A stretch of DNA of 64,000 nucleotides, from positions 2,730,001-2,794,000 of the forward strand of contig NC_087252.1 of the NCBI RefSeq assembly GCF_037042905.1, in the 5' to 3' direction. A model generated the notes under the pieces. The model searched no databases and was not told the origin of the DNA. It saw only the letters and a list, made by a program, of their open reading frames with translations. This stretch comes from Lytechinus pictus. Its lineage: Eukaryota. Made by a program: the position numbers and the translations under genes. Positions within the stretch are counted from its first letter, which is position 1, and each line of letters opens with the position of its first letter. Positions 1-14,256 of the stretch are shown here, piece by piece.

Positions 1-377
1 AATACGAATAAATATAACATCAACTGAGGAGGGTGAAGGGGGGGGGGGGGGCATAAACTCGTTTGACATGAAAAAAGTATAGCGTCAACATAGACAAAGA
101 GGGGCGATCTCAATGTGCCGGAGTGAGAGTTAATTTTTCTATACAGGATTTTTTCTTCCATTTTCTACTTTGATTACCACAAAGTATCTACATGTATTCT
201 AGCTTGTTTGATCTCAAAGATATGTCGAAAGTATTATAATTCAAGACAATTGAATGCTAAAAGAAAGAATAAATTAATGGTACTAGTGGCCTTTTTATTA
301 CACATTTTTTTGACTAATGATGGTTAGTAAAGGAATCACGGCAGTGGATACATATCTACAGTAAAACTAAGCGTTTA

Positions 378-514
378 CACTCTAAAAAATGTTTGGAAAA
401 AGTGTTCCATGAGGGTAATTATGTGTTCATCCATAACCTTACTGGACAATGGTTGGACACATGATTACCCTCGTGGTGATAAAAATTCTACCCAATATAT
501 TTTTTTTTACAGTG
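378..514. mobile_element. Short CACT-ended MITE
   Basis: Starts CACTCTAAAAAA and ends TTTTTTACAGTG; internal inverted pair CATGAGGGTAATTATGTGT / ACACATGATTACCCTCGTG. Confidence 0.6.
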
Positions 515-541
515 AATAGATCGCCATGTGAATCTATCTAC

Positions 542-693
542 CAATATTAAAATCAAAGCGCATTAAATCTTCAACGACAGTAGACGTGGGTGAGAGGACA
601 GGCGATGGTAATAAATCGTCCATCGACGTCTTCAGATCCTTCAGCGGAACTGGGATACTGCAAGCGGAAGAGTTCGCCTTGAGCATCACACAC
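542..693 (-). CDS. Candidate coding exon of a gene running leftwards off the window (unverified)
   Basis: Minus strand reads TAG|GTGTGTG ATG(686) MLKANSSACSIPVPLKDLKTSMDDLLPSPVLSPTSTVVEDLMRFDFNI G|GTAGAT. GC-richer than its flanks; both splice sites are weak and I recognise no domain. Confidence 0.2.
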
Positions 694-1603
694 CTACGGC
701 TTTAAAGGTATAAATCAATATTAATTTATCAACTTCAATTTCGCAACCATTGAGAACTGTAGGCAGTTGCGTTCACAGCCCTAATAAACTGATCATGGGT
801 GAAACATCGAGAACATTGATAAGAATCGCAAAAAATGTCTAGGCATGAAACAGATCATGCTCCCATCCATAACACCATGTTAACACGAACACTACTAAAT
901 AATACAACCTACCACACATGTTGGCAATAATGAAACACGGAGAATCACCTGGGAGTCATCCTAAATACCTCTATGGATTTCTCCTGGACGTTACCGAGGA
1001 TGGCATTGCCAGTTGCTCCCGAGTTAAAAGTGCGGCTTCGATGCACCATCTTGAAATTCGACTTGGGAGTTTTTAAGGTGATGGTCATTCACAGTAAAAT
1101 TACCCTGGCGTGGTTATTGGTACCTTCACCAAGTTACAGATGCCACTTCTAGGTTACAGTAGAACTAGCAGAGCGTCTCGCCAGTCGACACCTCTGGAAA
1201 TCTCGCCCCCAGAGTTACCAAGATGGTCATTCCATGGACATTCACAATCATATCAACATGATCGGGTTACAGGCTCGGTGAAGGAGTTACAATCCTAGCG
1301 TAATACAGAAGCATCTTGGAATTTTGCTCGGGAGCTTTTCGGATTTCCTACTCTAAACATGCTAAAAGCCACCTTCATGGAGTATCCGGGGTGCTCCGTA
1401 GGGTAGACGTAACATTTCTGTAGTCCCATAGGGTACAGAAGAACCATGTGGGAATATTGCTCGAGAGTTATCAGAATGGCCTTCCAAGGTAAAACCAAAA
1501 CCACTCTACTCCCAACTCCCTGGTAAAACTACCTTGATCATGTTGACAAAGTCACCATGGGTACAACCTACAATGAATTTCTACTTCAAACTCCCTGCAC
1601 ACA

Positions 1604-1680
1604 CAGCGGTGCTAAAAAGTTTAGTGAACCCCACCATAAATTGCACTCTTTCATGCTGAGTGTTGAACGGAGACAACAAA
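1604..1680 (+). mobile_element. Tc1-like terminal fragment
   Basis: CAGCGGTGCTAAAAAGTTTAGTGAACCCC resembles a Tc1-type TIR start; it is interrupted by the L2 fragment. Confidence 0.45.
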
Positions 1681-2175
1681 TCATTCTCAAATCTCTTCAC
1701 TGGTTACCTGTTGTACAGCGCATTACATTTAAAATCCTCCTACTTGTTTTCCATTCTATTCACAGAACTGCACCTCAATACAACTCTTCCTTGATTACTC
1801 CATACAATCCCTCTCGCAACCTTAGGTCTTCTAGTTTATTCTTACTCGCTGTACCACAATCTCACAATTCATGGGGGGATCGATCATTTCAACATGCTGG
1901 GCCTTTCCTATGGAATAAACTGCAAATAGAAATCCGCAATATTTCTTGTCTCACCACTTTCAAAAGTTATCTTAAAACCTGGTTATTCACGCAAGCTTAT
2001 AGTTAATTGTTATTTCACCCCTCTTTTTTTAGTAGGTTTTCTTTCTTTCTTCCTTCCTTTCTTTTTCTTTTTCCTTTTCTTTTCTTTTCTTTTCTTTTCT
2101 TTATTGCGCCATGAGCATCTTTTTATGATGGATACCGGCGCATTACAAATGTTCATATTATTATTATTATTATTA
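1681..2175 (+). mobile_element. 5'-truncated L2-clade LINE: ORF2 C-terminus, 3' UTR and (ATT)n tail
   Basis: LKSLHWLPVVQRITFKILLLVF...APQY...RNLRS...GDRSF..AGP.LWN.L...FKS.LKT.LF is the typical L2 ORF2 end (stop at 2006). It is followed by a GCGCC...GGCGC stem-loop and an (ATT)n tail; ACAACA occurs on both sides. Confidence 0.9.
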
Positions 2176-2281
2176 ACAACACTGCCACGTCAGGCGAGCC
2201 CAGAGAAACAAAGTTTATTGAATATAATATTTTATCCCCAGACTTAACAATTATAAATATCTAAATCATGACAGAACTTAA

Positions 2282-2870
2282 AGGGGGATGAAACATTTGG
2301 AACACGTGGGCATGTGCGGAAACAGAAATACAAAAGAATAAGATTAAAGAAAGTTTGAGATAAATCAGACAAATAATTAGAAAGTTATGAGCATTTGAAT
2401 ATTGCGATCACTAATGCTATTGAGATCCTCTCGTTGGCAATGCGACAAAGACGTGAGATGTCACATGACTTGTGAACAACTTTCCCTTTGTTAGACTATA
2501 AAATACCCACAAAACTTTTCTTTTTGCTCTTTCTTGCGGGTATACAAACTCTTTATCCATAATGTATTCTTTAAAAAAAAATCGTATTTCCATGCCCTCC
2601 TATAGAAAGAATACATGCCCTACTGATAGATGTGATAAAAGAGTCAGTTTAAGAAAAATATATGCAAAAGTAATGGCAAAGTTGTTCACATGTGATACCA
2701 CGCATCTTTGTCGCATTGCCAATAGGAGGATCTACATTACAATAATGACCTAAACTTCAAATGCTCACAACTTTCTTATTGTTTATTCAATTTTTCACAA
2801 ACTTTCGTTGATCTGTTTCTTTGATTTTTCTGTTTTCACCCAAGCTCTCGTTCTAAGATTTCATTTTCCT
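2282..2870. mobile_element. Kolobok/T2-like MITE
   Basis: TTAA|AGG start and CCT|TGAA end; long imperfect inverted arms (TTGGCAATGCGACAAAGA / TCTTTGTCGCATTGCCAA). Confidence 0.8.
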
Positions 2871-4639
2871 TGAACGTCCTTGACATTATCTCCAACACAA
2901 TGTGATGGACATTCCATTGTCTCGAGCTGCCCTGAACTGACCTTTCAAAAGTACTTGCCAATATGAACTCCAGAGGATAACCAATTCTTATTATGGATGG
3001 CGGAAGGAAGATCCTGAGATGAAATTCTATGCTGATTATGCATCTGATGACAGCCGTGTGTTTCAGCACGACTTCACGAAACAGTCTTTAGAGGTAACTC
3101 TACTCTCCAATATGACTAATCCCCTATCGACTCCAGGCTCCGATGTCGACATGGTGAAGTTGGGCAATATTCGCTCGGAAACAGAATACTACTTCCATCA
3201 CATTAACAATACGTTTCTCGAGGGTGTTATGTGAATAATATGAAGAATTGTAAAAACAGTTTTAATTTTTTAGAGCATCCTCTTTATGCGTGATAAGATG
3301 AAGTCCTTCATATGCGAGAACAATTGAGTACATATAGATGAGTAATTGTTGCTGTACATCCGATTAAATTCTTGACGGTTTTATGCGAAAATGACAATGT
3401 CATTAAATCTCAACAAGTCTTTCACTGCATCGTATTCATGGTATCTTAGTTCCGATTGAAAAGAAAAGAATTGTAAATGAAATATTCAACAAATCGTGAA
3501 TCCTCAATAAGTACCCTTTTTCAATATAGATAGAAAACTCGTGACTGATTAAATATGAGACGAAGGTAATTCGGTATAAAGAATCGACGTCATTCTCATG
3601 CAAGTATAATGAATACAATTTTGTCTCGTTACGCAATTTAATGTGACCACTTGCGTGATTTGAACGCCAGGCTTGAACGTACTCGATTCCCATACATAAT
3701 GAAGTTCTTTCAATTTTAGAAGGTTTGTTTGTTTTTACCGGAACACCCCTGTTGACAGCTCAGAATGGAAATTGCTACCACATCAGAAAAAAAAACACAC
3801 ACAAAAGAAGATAAAAATCATTTCCCAAGGTAATACTTTACACCATGTCATACGACTGAGCGAGTTGACTTCCGTATGCAATTGACTCGAAGGCAGTCAT
3901 TAGCCTGCAAAATGTGCTGAATGCGCCGAAGTCAACACCCTAACAGAAAATACACTCTCAATTTCGATTCTTGGTTGCATTTAAACACTTAAATAGCGAG
4001 GGATTTGGCAATACCTGTTTGCAAAATAATAATCTTAGTAATAAATGAGATGTTTAAAGTAATAGTGTTGCCTCTCCTTCACCTTGTGAGCTTAAATGCC
4101 CAATCCCTGAAATACACATCCGCGGGGAGCACAGATCCATTAATACATGCCGACTAGTCTTTAAAGGCAAATGATCACTCAAATTGGCAACACGAGGGAT
4201 AATTCAAAACCATTACTCCATGCAAATAGGCAACTTGCTTACTCCAAAAAGTTCTTCATCAACCATATTCGTAATGCGTACGTTCTAAAGCAATATATAC
4301 AAGTAATACATTTATATATATGTTAGGAAAAGAAAAACATGTTGTAAATTTAAAGAATAGAGTTTATCAAACATTTCTTGAAATAATCCATTATCGTCAT
4401 GAGTAAAAAAAAAAGCATAAGATAATTACCTGAAGTTTCAAAGCTGAGAAACACTTAGAGAGTTGTCATTCTGTGTGCAGTGAGTATATCTGTGTATTGA
4501 CAGAGTTGTGGATTTATACACGACAGAAGCCCATGCATGGCAGAACTCCGTCAAAGTATTTTCATTTTGGTGATTTGAGCACAGGGGTGCTAGTTGTTTA
4601 AAATCAAGGAAAGGAGAAAAACCAAAATAAAATTTGGAA

Positions 4640-5053
4640 GTTCAGTTATGTCCTCAGATCCAGCTGGCACAAAAAGGGTAAAGGTTGTGCTTACTAAGGG
4701 TTGAAATTTCAATTTGGGTGGCAAAATTGTTACAAAATGCTTGAATGTATCCGTTTTATTTCAATTGACTAAAAGTGCAAGGGAAATGTATGAGAAATGT
4801 TTCGCAGGGCAAGTTAGATTTCGCCCTTTCCCCTTGACACAGCGTGAAAACGAGCGTTTCTGCGCAAACAGATTTCTACGAGCTTTACAAAAATGGACAG
4901 TGCTCACTCAAGTGTAACATTCTGTCAAAACTTTTACTTTTATTGGATAGATTAGACCCAAACCCAAGATTATATGTGAAAAAATTACCCACATGTTGTA
5001 TATTTTTTAATTCCCAGGTCTTTTTCAAAGTGTAAACTTTTTTTTGATACGCA

Positions 5054-5056
<3 letters not shown>
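4640..5056. mobile_element. Tc1/mariner-like element end (left boundary uncertain)
   Basis: Ends TTTTTGATACGCACTG|TA, the reverse complement of TA|CAGTGCGTATCAAAAA, and abuts a (TA)n run. Confidence 0.5.

Positions 5057-5144
<88 letters not shown>
5057..5144. repeat. (TA)n microsatellite
   Basis: About 44 TA units with one interruption. Confidence 0.98.
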
Positions 5145-5632
5145 AAGAGGAAGAATAAGAAAAAAGAAAGTGCGGGAAATTAAAAATGGGGGAATGAAGG
5201 GGGGGGGGTGTTATGATATTACTTGAGAATTTAATCGTCAGTTACTCTTGTGAATGACGTACTGAAGAGGCAATAAATGCTGGTACTCGAGTATGAAATT
5301 GGACCAGTTCAAAACACGAATTCACAAGCACACTCAACTCATATCTTCAATCAAAACGTAATGAATAATAGAAAAGGGAAATCAGAATAAGTCTATTTCG
5401 ATCTTGCATATGAGTACTGCCTTCAAATGACCATAATGGCACTGGCATCATGGACTAAATATGTAAAAATACGAGCAACAAATATACTGGACTGACTGTA
5501 AAATCTTGTTTTAACCGTGAACCACGATTATATGTCCGTGAAAATTTTGCGGAGGCTTTTAACATGGTAGACTTATTTCGGTGCATGCAGGTGTTTTTTT
5601 TTTTTGGGGGGGGGTGGGGTGGAATACAACAT

Positions 5633-5815
5633 GGTGGGTGTTTCATAAAGCTGTTCGTAAGTTAAGAGCGACTTTAAGAACGACTGGTGAAACTTTCATA
5701 CGCGCTAAAAAATTAATGATGAATACCATGTACCACAAGAAAGGATCACCAGTCATTCTTAACTTACGTTCTTAAGTCGTTCTTAACTTACGAATATCTT
5801 TAAGAAACACACACC
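5633..5815. mobile_element. Palindromic MITE (Harbinger-like)
   Basis: GGTGGGTGTTTCATAAAGCTGTTCGTAAGTTAAGAGCGACTT is inverted at AAGTCGTTCTTAACTTACGAATATCTTTAAGAAACACACACC. Confidence 0.75.
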
Positions 5816-7240
5816 TGGATATGAAATCATTTCTTCACAATTTAATACTAATGGCATTACCTGTCGCCCTGAACGTCTACTATTCCCGTCTTATGCTCTT
5901 GTTTCTTCTTTCCTCCTCCCTTTACTCAGCTCTTTCACTTCTTGAAAAAAAATTGTTTTACGTCGCCCCCGCGTAACGCCGCCCCTGATTGTATGACTGT
6001 CAAATGAAAAAAAAAAAAAATTGTTTGGATATTAATGACGAAATACGTACAAGATAGAATGAAACTTACCTTTTCCATCCCCATTTGAGGTACTTGATCT
6101 TAAGCTACTTTGAGATAAAAATATCGACAAAGGTCGTGAGCCGACACACTTACTATCGATCAATAACGCTTAAACTTTCATCATGTTCACCACGCTGAGC
6201 AATGTCCAGAATTGTTTCCCCTTCGGAAATCATTAAGTGATGATCCTTGAGATGGGGGCGACCGACATCTTCACGACGCGTCGTCCCGGTCACATGATTG
6301 AACCGAATTCAGAGCGGATACTATATCTAACCGAAAAGTAATCCGACCATATTACTAACGCGGAGATTCTGCTGGACATAGGGCATTTTTTTTCTTTCCC
6401 GGCATGCAGCAGTCTATATCACCATCGAAAAAAAAATATTATAAACCTACAATGATTTATCCCGAAACTCGCACTCTTTCACAATCTCAATGCGACACTC
6501 GTCTCACCATAGTGTTGCAATGTACATGTAAAAGGCAAAACTTGCAGTTGTATACTTTTGATTGTTATCCTTAATTTCCTTTAATCAATGGTATTGCATT
6601 TGCTGTACGACTGTACTTATATGATTAATCGCGTCACTACATTGCTATGCCCCCCTCTCATTTGGTGTACATGACTCTGACTTAAAACTCCTTCCTACTT
6701 GTATGATCTGCCGACTGAAATGGGCTGCCGCAAGTGAATTAATTCTCTCTTTACGACATCTTAACGTCTGATTCAACCTGCAGTCTCAGGCCGATACTCG
6801 AGGGAAATGCGAAAGGTAGCAAATTAATGGCGTTTTATAGGATTTGTGGCTTAACGAAAGTAATAACGGTTCACATTTAATGACACTGTATACCGGAATA
6901 CGCCTTACTTAGGGCATGTAAATGCGTATATTGCTTTACTCTGCATGAGATGTACAGTCAGAATCTTTTCAGCGAACCATGTAAATAGATGGCTCTGTCG
7001 CGTTTATGGGAGGAGATAGATGGTTGGTGGCTAAATCGACATTTCAGCCTTTTTTAGCATTCCATACCACAGTTTTGGAGTCTTTGAAGTAAGCAGGCTC
7101 CATGACTTTGACTTGTATTTGTTCTCTTCTAAGTTTTTTGCCGAAAGAAGATTTTGTTTTTGTTCACATAAGTTTCTTGCCTGTATTGAGATTCGAACCC
7201 GCACCTTTCCCCTTATGGGCAAGGATTAGATTATCCCATG

Positions 7241-7477
7241 CACTGCCGGATTCAGGGGAGAGGCACAATCAAAATTTGTAATGTAAAAATGCTGTTAAAA
7301 CAGAATTGTGCCCCCCCCCCCTTCAAAAGTGAAGACCTTTTTTTTTGCTTGTCAATTTTTTTCGTGGACGGAATTCGCTTGATTTTTCGGATGAAACCCT
7401 TTTTTTGTTTTGCTTGTCAAATTTTCCTCGGGAAAATGTGCCCCCCCCCCTTTCGAAAAATCGTGGATCCGCCCCTG
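7241..7477. mobile_element. hAT-like MITE
   Basis: CACTGCCGGATTCA...TGGATCCGCCCCTG with a near-perfect 8-bp TSD, ATCCCATG / ATCCCATT. Confidence 0.8.
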
Positions 7478-9459
7478 ATCCCATTGCTCCAAGCTGACGA
7501 GTTGTTCGAGTCGCTGCCAATGGATTTATAGCTTTACATTCGTGTTTATGAATATTCATAAAGTGTATACTCGTAGACGGGATAAACTATTATCTGACGC
7601 CGAGAAGAAAATGCCCTAGGAAACTTTATTCAGTGACATAACACCAATGTAGTGTGAACACTTTTCTATACCGTTTTCTAGTATACATCGGTGCTAAACA
7701 AACACCAAAATGTTTGCAGTGTTATCAAGGAAGACCTTGGATTGACCCCTTCACCATGTTTGTGTAACCATGGTATCTTGAAAGTAATTTTCAAGAAAGG
7801 AAAACAAAAACACACTCTTTATCATAATGATGTTTGCCCTGATCGTCAAAATGGCGGCAAGGCTTTGACAAGCTGACAAGCCTCCCCATCACTTTATTGG
7901 CAATTTTCACAAAAAGGAATATTCCTCATGAGACATTAGATACAAAAAAAAGAAAAGAAAACATCCAAGAAAATCGGCAAGCCTCGCAAATTTTATTTTA
8001 TGGGTTGCATGGATGCAATGGCTTCCGAAAATAGGAATATACGATCGTTGAATTAATTTATGGTCTCATTTTGAGAAAATGCTTTGTACATGACAAAAAT
8101 ACTAAGCACGATTGACCCAAATTGTCAAATTCACGGAAAGCATATGTCTAAAAACCATACTGCAATTTCCAGATTTACTCATTTACCTATCGATTTAGCA
8201 ATTTAGTTATTCGTTCGTTCGTTCATCCATTTACTTACATGTATTCATTCATTCACCATATTGCGATGAGCGAGATTACCATTTATCAATTCACTTACTT
8301 CTCCATGTATTCATTCACTTGCTTATTCATTTATTTATTGGAATGTCCGTTTCTTGTTTTCATTATTTTGGGGTAAAGGGTTACCATGGTTACAGGCGCG
8401 CTTTTCTTTCAAGGTTTTATGAAGAGATGTTGATTTTTTTTCAAGACAGTGGACTAGAATAGAGTGAGAACAGATGGTTTTATTAACGTCATCTTATCCT
8501 ATTCGATATTTTCGATTCAGACATTTAAAGCTTACATCATTTGCATTAATATTCTAAAATATGTACCCTTTTTGTTAAATTTGATTGATTCCAAGTTCAA
8601 ATACAAGCATACCAAACAGGACTTAGGTATGGATAATTTGCTAGTTAGTCTTTAATTAAATACCGGTAGATGTATCAGAATTTTGGAGTGTAACTGTGAT
8701 TGGGCATTAAAAATCGCCCACGATCATGACGATGGTTTGGTGACGAATGGCTTTAAGAACTGCCCCCTCCCCCAAGGTATCTGGAGTGATTCTTTTATTT
8801 CTTTAGCGCTGTCCACTTAGCACCATTCATTTCAATTCAGTTCTCCTCCTAATTCATATTTGCTCTGAACTTGACCAACTCAATTTGTTAGCCAATACCT
8901 CCTTCAAAAAGCGGTCATGAGCATTTCCTGAAACCGTTGATATTTGTGGACGGAATGGCGTCGTGAAATGCAAAAAAGGGAGAAAGGTAAATGGAAGAAA
9001 GTATCTGTGGAGAGGCGGGGGAGGGGAGGGGTATAAATGGGGTCGCAAGTGTGTAAAAAAAACCCGATGATTAAATTGATGTACTTGGTTAAACAAGGGA
9101 TAACTCATGGTTTAACAGATAAAGAGGGAATATTTCGCGCCATGTGATGAGAGTCATCACCCACGAAACATCCTTTATATTATAATTATGACATTTATCA
9201 ACAAAAGAGCATAGCTTTTAAACAGCGTTCTACTGTTTACTCATTCATTACCAATGAATCCAAGCAATATAATGTCTTTTCCATCCTGTAAATACACTGC
9301 TATCATGACTATCAGGACACTTGACCTATCTTCTTATTCCACTGACCATCTTGACACTCTCCTTGGGAAATAACTCTTTCAGGGGCATTTGCTCACCCAG
9401 CTGATATGTATGACTAAATAGTGGTAGAATTGATGACAGGGTGCAATCTTGGCGGCGCC

Positions 9460-9755
9460 GGGACACACAATGTTACTTGAAAAATGTCAAGGAAATGAGT
9501 ATTTGCCGATACTTAAAGTAGGACATGTAAGACGACCAACGTCATGTCCCGTTATCATCGGAGCGATGGAGTTCGCTGGTCAGGGAGAAGAGAAGTTGCA
9601 ACGAGATGGATTGATGACGGTACGGAATGGACAAGGGTGAAACGAGGAGTGAAGATGACTCTTCTTAGCATGCTAAGGGGTAGAGGGGGTAGTGCGGTGT
9701 TTATACCAAGCAAACATGGAGAGATGGAGTGAAAGGCGACTTGTTGCGCTATGTC
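9460..9755 (+). mobile_element. Degenerate RTE-like LINE 3' remnant
   Basis: Frameshifted peptides GHVRR and GRREVATRWIDDGTEWT resemble the RTE C-terminal GHVxR...GRPxxRWxD...EWT motif. Confidence 0.45.
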
Positions 9756-10102
9756 TTTTTATTATTATTTTTTCATTGGTAAATATCTGCGTTACAATAT
9801 GCTGAAATGAGGCCACGCATGCCCAAGGAAGCAGCCCGATTTGTGATTTTCGTGTAAAAAATATAAGGAATGCGATTTTACGGTAGCACCATTTTTCGTT
9901 TTAACCCGATGTATGTATATAAACTGGTAATCTTATTATGATGAAGGGCACTGAACATTGGGGATAAATGTAGGTGAATATCCATTTCTAATTTTTGTTT
10001 CACTCATGAACAGGAATTTGCAATGTGGCGGTGTTGCAGTATAGAAACTTCTGTTTTTTTTTTCAATAAATAACCCGAGGAACTAGATGGAGAAGACAGA
10101 CT

Positions 10103-10105
<3 letters not shown>

Positions 10106-10134
<29 letters not shown>
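10106..10134. repeat. (GA)n microsatellite
   Basis: Direct reading; followed by poly-G. Confidence 0.95.
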
Positions 10135-10137
<3 letters not shown>

Positions 10138-13100
10138 GGGGGGGGGGGTGATGGTTACATACCATCCCCGCAAACATGGCAAAGTGAGGGTGGTAAATCC
10201 AACATGAGCTTCAACATAATTACTCACGGCATACAAAATATGACACATCGAGAAGGAATGAATAAAAAGGAATTAATTACAATGTATAATGAAAAAAAAA
10301 AATCCTGTGATCGTGGTGATGCTGTCTAAGTATGGGAAAAAATCATAAGTCTTTACAGAAAACACAATTTATCATCTGCATTTCCCAATCATTGCAAATA
10401 CGTACTACTTAACTATATTATCATCCTCAACATGAGATAAGGTCGGGGCTATTTTTAATCTCCGCATTCCATAATTTTCACAATAATGTTAATTAATTTC
10501 AGTATGAGAAAATTGAGGAAATTGGTTCACGTCGAAGTATGGCGGGTGAGCAGAATTTCTCTTTAAGAACGAAGAAAAAAAGTATTTCAACGATCTGCAA
10601 AGTAATATTTTATTCTATATAATATCGGATGCCGTGTTATTTATGATAATTCAGTGTAAAAATATAACCCAACTTTTTTTCTAAATGGTTGCCAAGTAAA
10701 AAATAAAATGAAGATAATTCGGGGGGGGGGGGGGGTGGGCTCTTAGACCCAATTTTCATATGACACCATCCCCTCGGAAAATAATAATGAATATTAAATG
10801 AATCAAAACAAGCAAATGAAACAAATAGGCCAATATTTCCAAATTATATGGGGTGCGCCTGCACATTCCGCTTACCCCCTAGATCCATGCCTAAGGGTTT
10901 TACATTTTGTTCATACATAACAAGTTAATGTATTTATATTGGTGACGCATTGTGATTTTCACTTGCAGACTTTAGTTGTGTGTTCATGTGAGTCAAATGA
11001 AAGTTAAGTCGACGGGCTATCTATACATTGTCGCACAGAATTTATATACTTTTCTATTTCACAGACATCTCAATTCTCTGTATAACAGCTTTCGTTTTAT
11101 TTATTTTGTGTTTTTTTTTTATTTATGTAGACGCACTGCATACATGGTATATTAAAGGTGTTTTTATGTCACCGTAGTAAGTTCACAACACACACCCACG
11201 TTCGTACGTTACACATCAAAGCAGAGAGAAGAAAATCTTAAGACCCTGCAGTGCAGAGGAGCTCCTTGAACATTTTGTATTTTCCCGAGTTAAACAAACA
11301 GATCAATACATATAAATACACCGCCACTGGGAAGAATGACGTCACATCAACAGACCCATAACGGCGGCGGCAATAAACGAAATCTTCAAGTACAATCAAA
11401 CTTTCTCAGAAGCAATTAATGTATATTTTGTCTGCCATTTGAAGAAATAAACTATTGACATCATCCTTTAGAAAAATGCCAAAAACGGAAACAGAACAAC
11501 ACGAATGGCGTCATTTTTACCAACGCTGATTCTCAAATGTCCCACGTGAGCTTTCGAGCTAATCACGTGACTTTAAGGACGCTGTCGCCAGAATTTTGAC
11601 AATTTCATACATGCATATATTTTCTTGACCTTGATATCTGCACTTACTAATAAAAGAACCTAATCCCCATTTTAATTTCTCTATTTTTAATAGTTTCGAA
11701 ATGGATTTACGGAAAACGATTCAAGGGCACACGTTTTGAACACTCTTTGAATCTGAAGAGTGCAGTGTTGACGTCAAGGCCCCACTCAAAAGGGACGACA
11801 AAGACCAATGCACGGTGACACAACGCCAAAGACCAAGTCGATATAACCACGAACGGGATGATGGAAGATCCACATTAAGTCAACAAACATAGTCCACAAA
11901 AAATACAGGAAATATCACCACTTTTGAAGATGACCTACATGACCCTAAGAAGAAAATCAATGCATACATACCATCTTTTTTAATGTTTTCGATTTCCATG
12001 AAAAAAATGCTGGCACAATTAATGGACTCGTGATGAATATCAAATAGTTTGTGTTTGCACAGATGGCTATATCGACCGACAAGTCATATAATAAATATGC
12101 GCTCTTTCTCAGTAGCGTTAACCGGAATATACATGAGTCCCGCAACTGAAACATGACATAGCTGCATATAATTTCCAAAGAAACAACAAGGTTTGTTTTT
12201 ATTGCCTTTTTGTTACAACAACTCAGATCTGTTTTAATAAGTTGTAAATATTGTAATTTTACCTTGATTATGATTAATTATGATATAATAAAACATACAA
12301 ATATAAAAAGAAACAAGGTTGTTGCCGTAGATATTAATCAGTACCCTAATGAACTGTATCTTTAAAATCCTGTCTTAAACATGTTAAAATGAAATTATGG
12401 TGTACATGTACTTAAAGCCGCAGAAAAACTAATAGCTGTGTAGGAAAGCGTTAACTTGCAAATTCAAACATCAGCTGGCTTCATTTCGTTCTTGCAATGA
12501 CGTGTTTCATTAAAAAGAACGCCCTCAAACCATGGACCTATTAAAAATAATAGGTCCATGCTCAAACCCACGACAGAGAGAGAGAGAGAGGGGGGGGGGT
12601 AGGAGTAAGAAATAAGAACGGCAAGGTCATGAAGGTGACAGATTACTATTTCTTAAAAAAAAATGCGAGCGAGCAAACAGTGTTAGGAAAACGTGGACAA
12701 GTTTTAATACGCAATTTATTCTGTTACAGGTGAAATGAGCAAAGTTTCAAGAAATATTCATGAATATAATATACATGTATACTTTAGGAGAACGATTGGT
12801 CTTTCGAGCGTAGACACTAATCTTTTTAAGTGTTTTCTAGATTAATTTTATCAAAGTGGACGAACATTCTCATTTGGTCATTGGACTGGGCTTAGTCATA
12901 AATTCAACCCGAGGTTAATAACCCAAAGTTGACTGTTGAGAAAAATACATAAAAACAAACTTATAAATCAACCTAGATATCAATGACAGAGTTTATTATG
13001 CAAACCTTTTGAGCACTGTCGACGTAAAATTATTACAAGAAAAACCAGGGAGGGTAGATACATAAGTCGTTGTAAACTAAAACTGTTCTCTTTTCCATGT

Positions 13101-14256
13101 TTTCAGAATCTAACCGTGTGTTACTATGGACATAGTCCACGGTCTTACATGAAACAAAACATTTTGAAGAGAGACTTTTCTCGTTTTTGGTTAGGTAGTA
13201 GGAATTCCATGGAATTTTTGTGCAACCGTGATTAACCAATGAGTGGATCAAAAAGAACGGGGACCAAATACACAAGGACATTATGATGAATAAGATCCCG
13301 TATCCATTCGCTGTGTTTTGTTAAATGCAAAAAAATAAGAAAATAAATGGAAAAATAATTCTTTTTATAGATAATTCCAAAATCTAACATCATGACAGAA
13401 GAAAAAAAAGGTCCGTCATTTACACGAAGACTTCGCGTTTGTAAACATACTAAATCTATTCATATTTCCATTCATATAAAATTGTTCTCTCTCATTCCGT
13501 TTTATTATTATCACTATCATTATGAATATTGATTATTACGTTATAGTTTGATAAGTTTCTCTTGTGTTATTGTTTAGTACATTATGTAATTATAAAATAG
13601 ACTCAAAATAATTATGCAAATTGTTTTAAAATCTGTTCAAAATTATGTAGATATTTTTTTTTGTCCAGGGTCATTCAACAAAATATTAGGAAAACTATAG
13701 ACCCTTTGTATTACAAATTTGAGATTCGAATAGCTTCATAAGTAATAAATGATTAATCAAATATATACATGTATATAACACACACCATCCAAATGCATCA
13801 TGTATGATGGAATAAGAATGGATCTTTAATATTAATAATCCTATGATGGTACTTGAAAGTTGGGATTATGCCAATTAGACCGACAGCAATCCGAGGAGAA
13901 CGCGTCATTTTCCAAACATTAATATTGATTGACGATAAGTGCGCATTGAAGTCCGTGAAACTAGATTTTTCTATCAAAACATCATCATGACCACGCGATC
14001 ATATTCGATATTTCAATGACGATTTTGTATCAGTAAGCATTGTATAGGTTTGAAGAATTTAAGTGTTAATTTGTTTTCGAGAGCATTTGAGGTTTCCATG
14101 GATATCACGTGATGTTTCGTGACCCAAAGGATATTATTACAATGTTATCACACGGGGGGGGGGGGGGCATTTGCTACACACAGTAGATGTATGCACCTTA
14201 CACATAAGACACTCTCGGGGAGGGGGAGGGGGAGTGGGGGAATCAGAATGTCCGGT

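Noticed and set aside
1557..2006. 149-aa ORF as a host gene
   Set aside because: It is a chance fusion of flank, a Tc1-like end and the L2 ORF2 C-terminus.
2941..3234. Open frame PFKSTC...FLEGVM as a coding exon
   Set aside because: In-frame stop immediately upstream, no clear splice sites and no recognisable homology.
12531..12560. Hairpin CATGGACCTATT...AATAGGTCCATG as a terminator or ncRNA
   Set aside because: Too short; more likely a collapsed MITE remnant, with no supporting context.
13033..13281. LINE C-terminal remnant (G..K.WNS-like peptide)
   Set aside because: Similarity too weak to support by eye.
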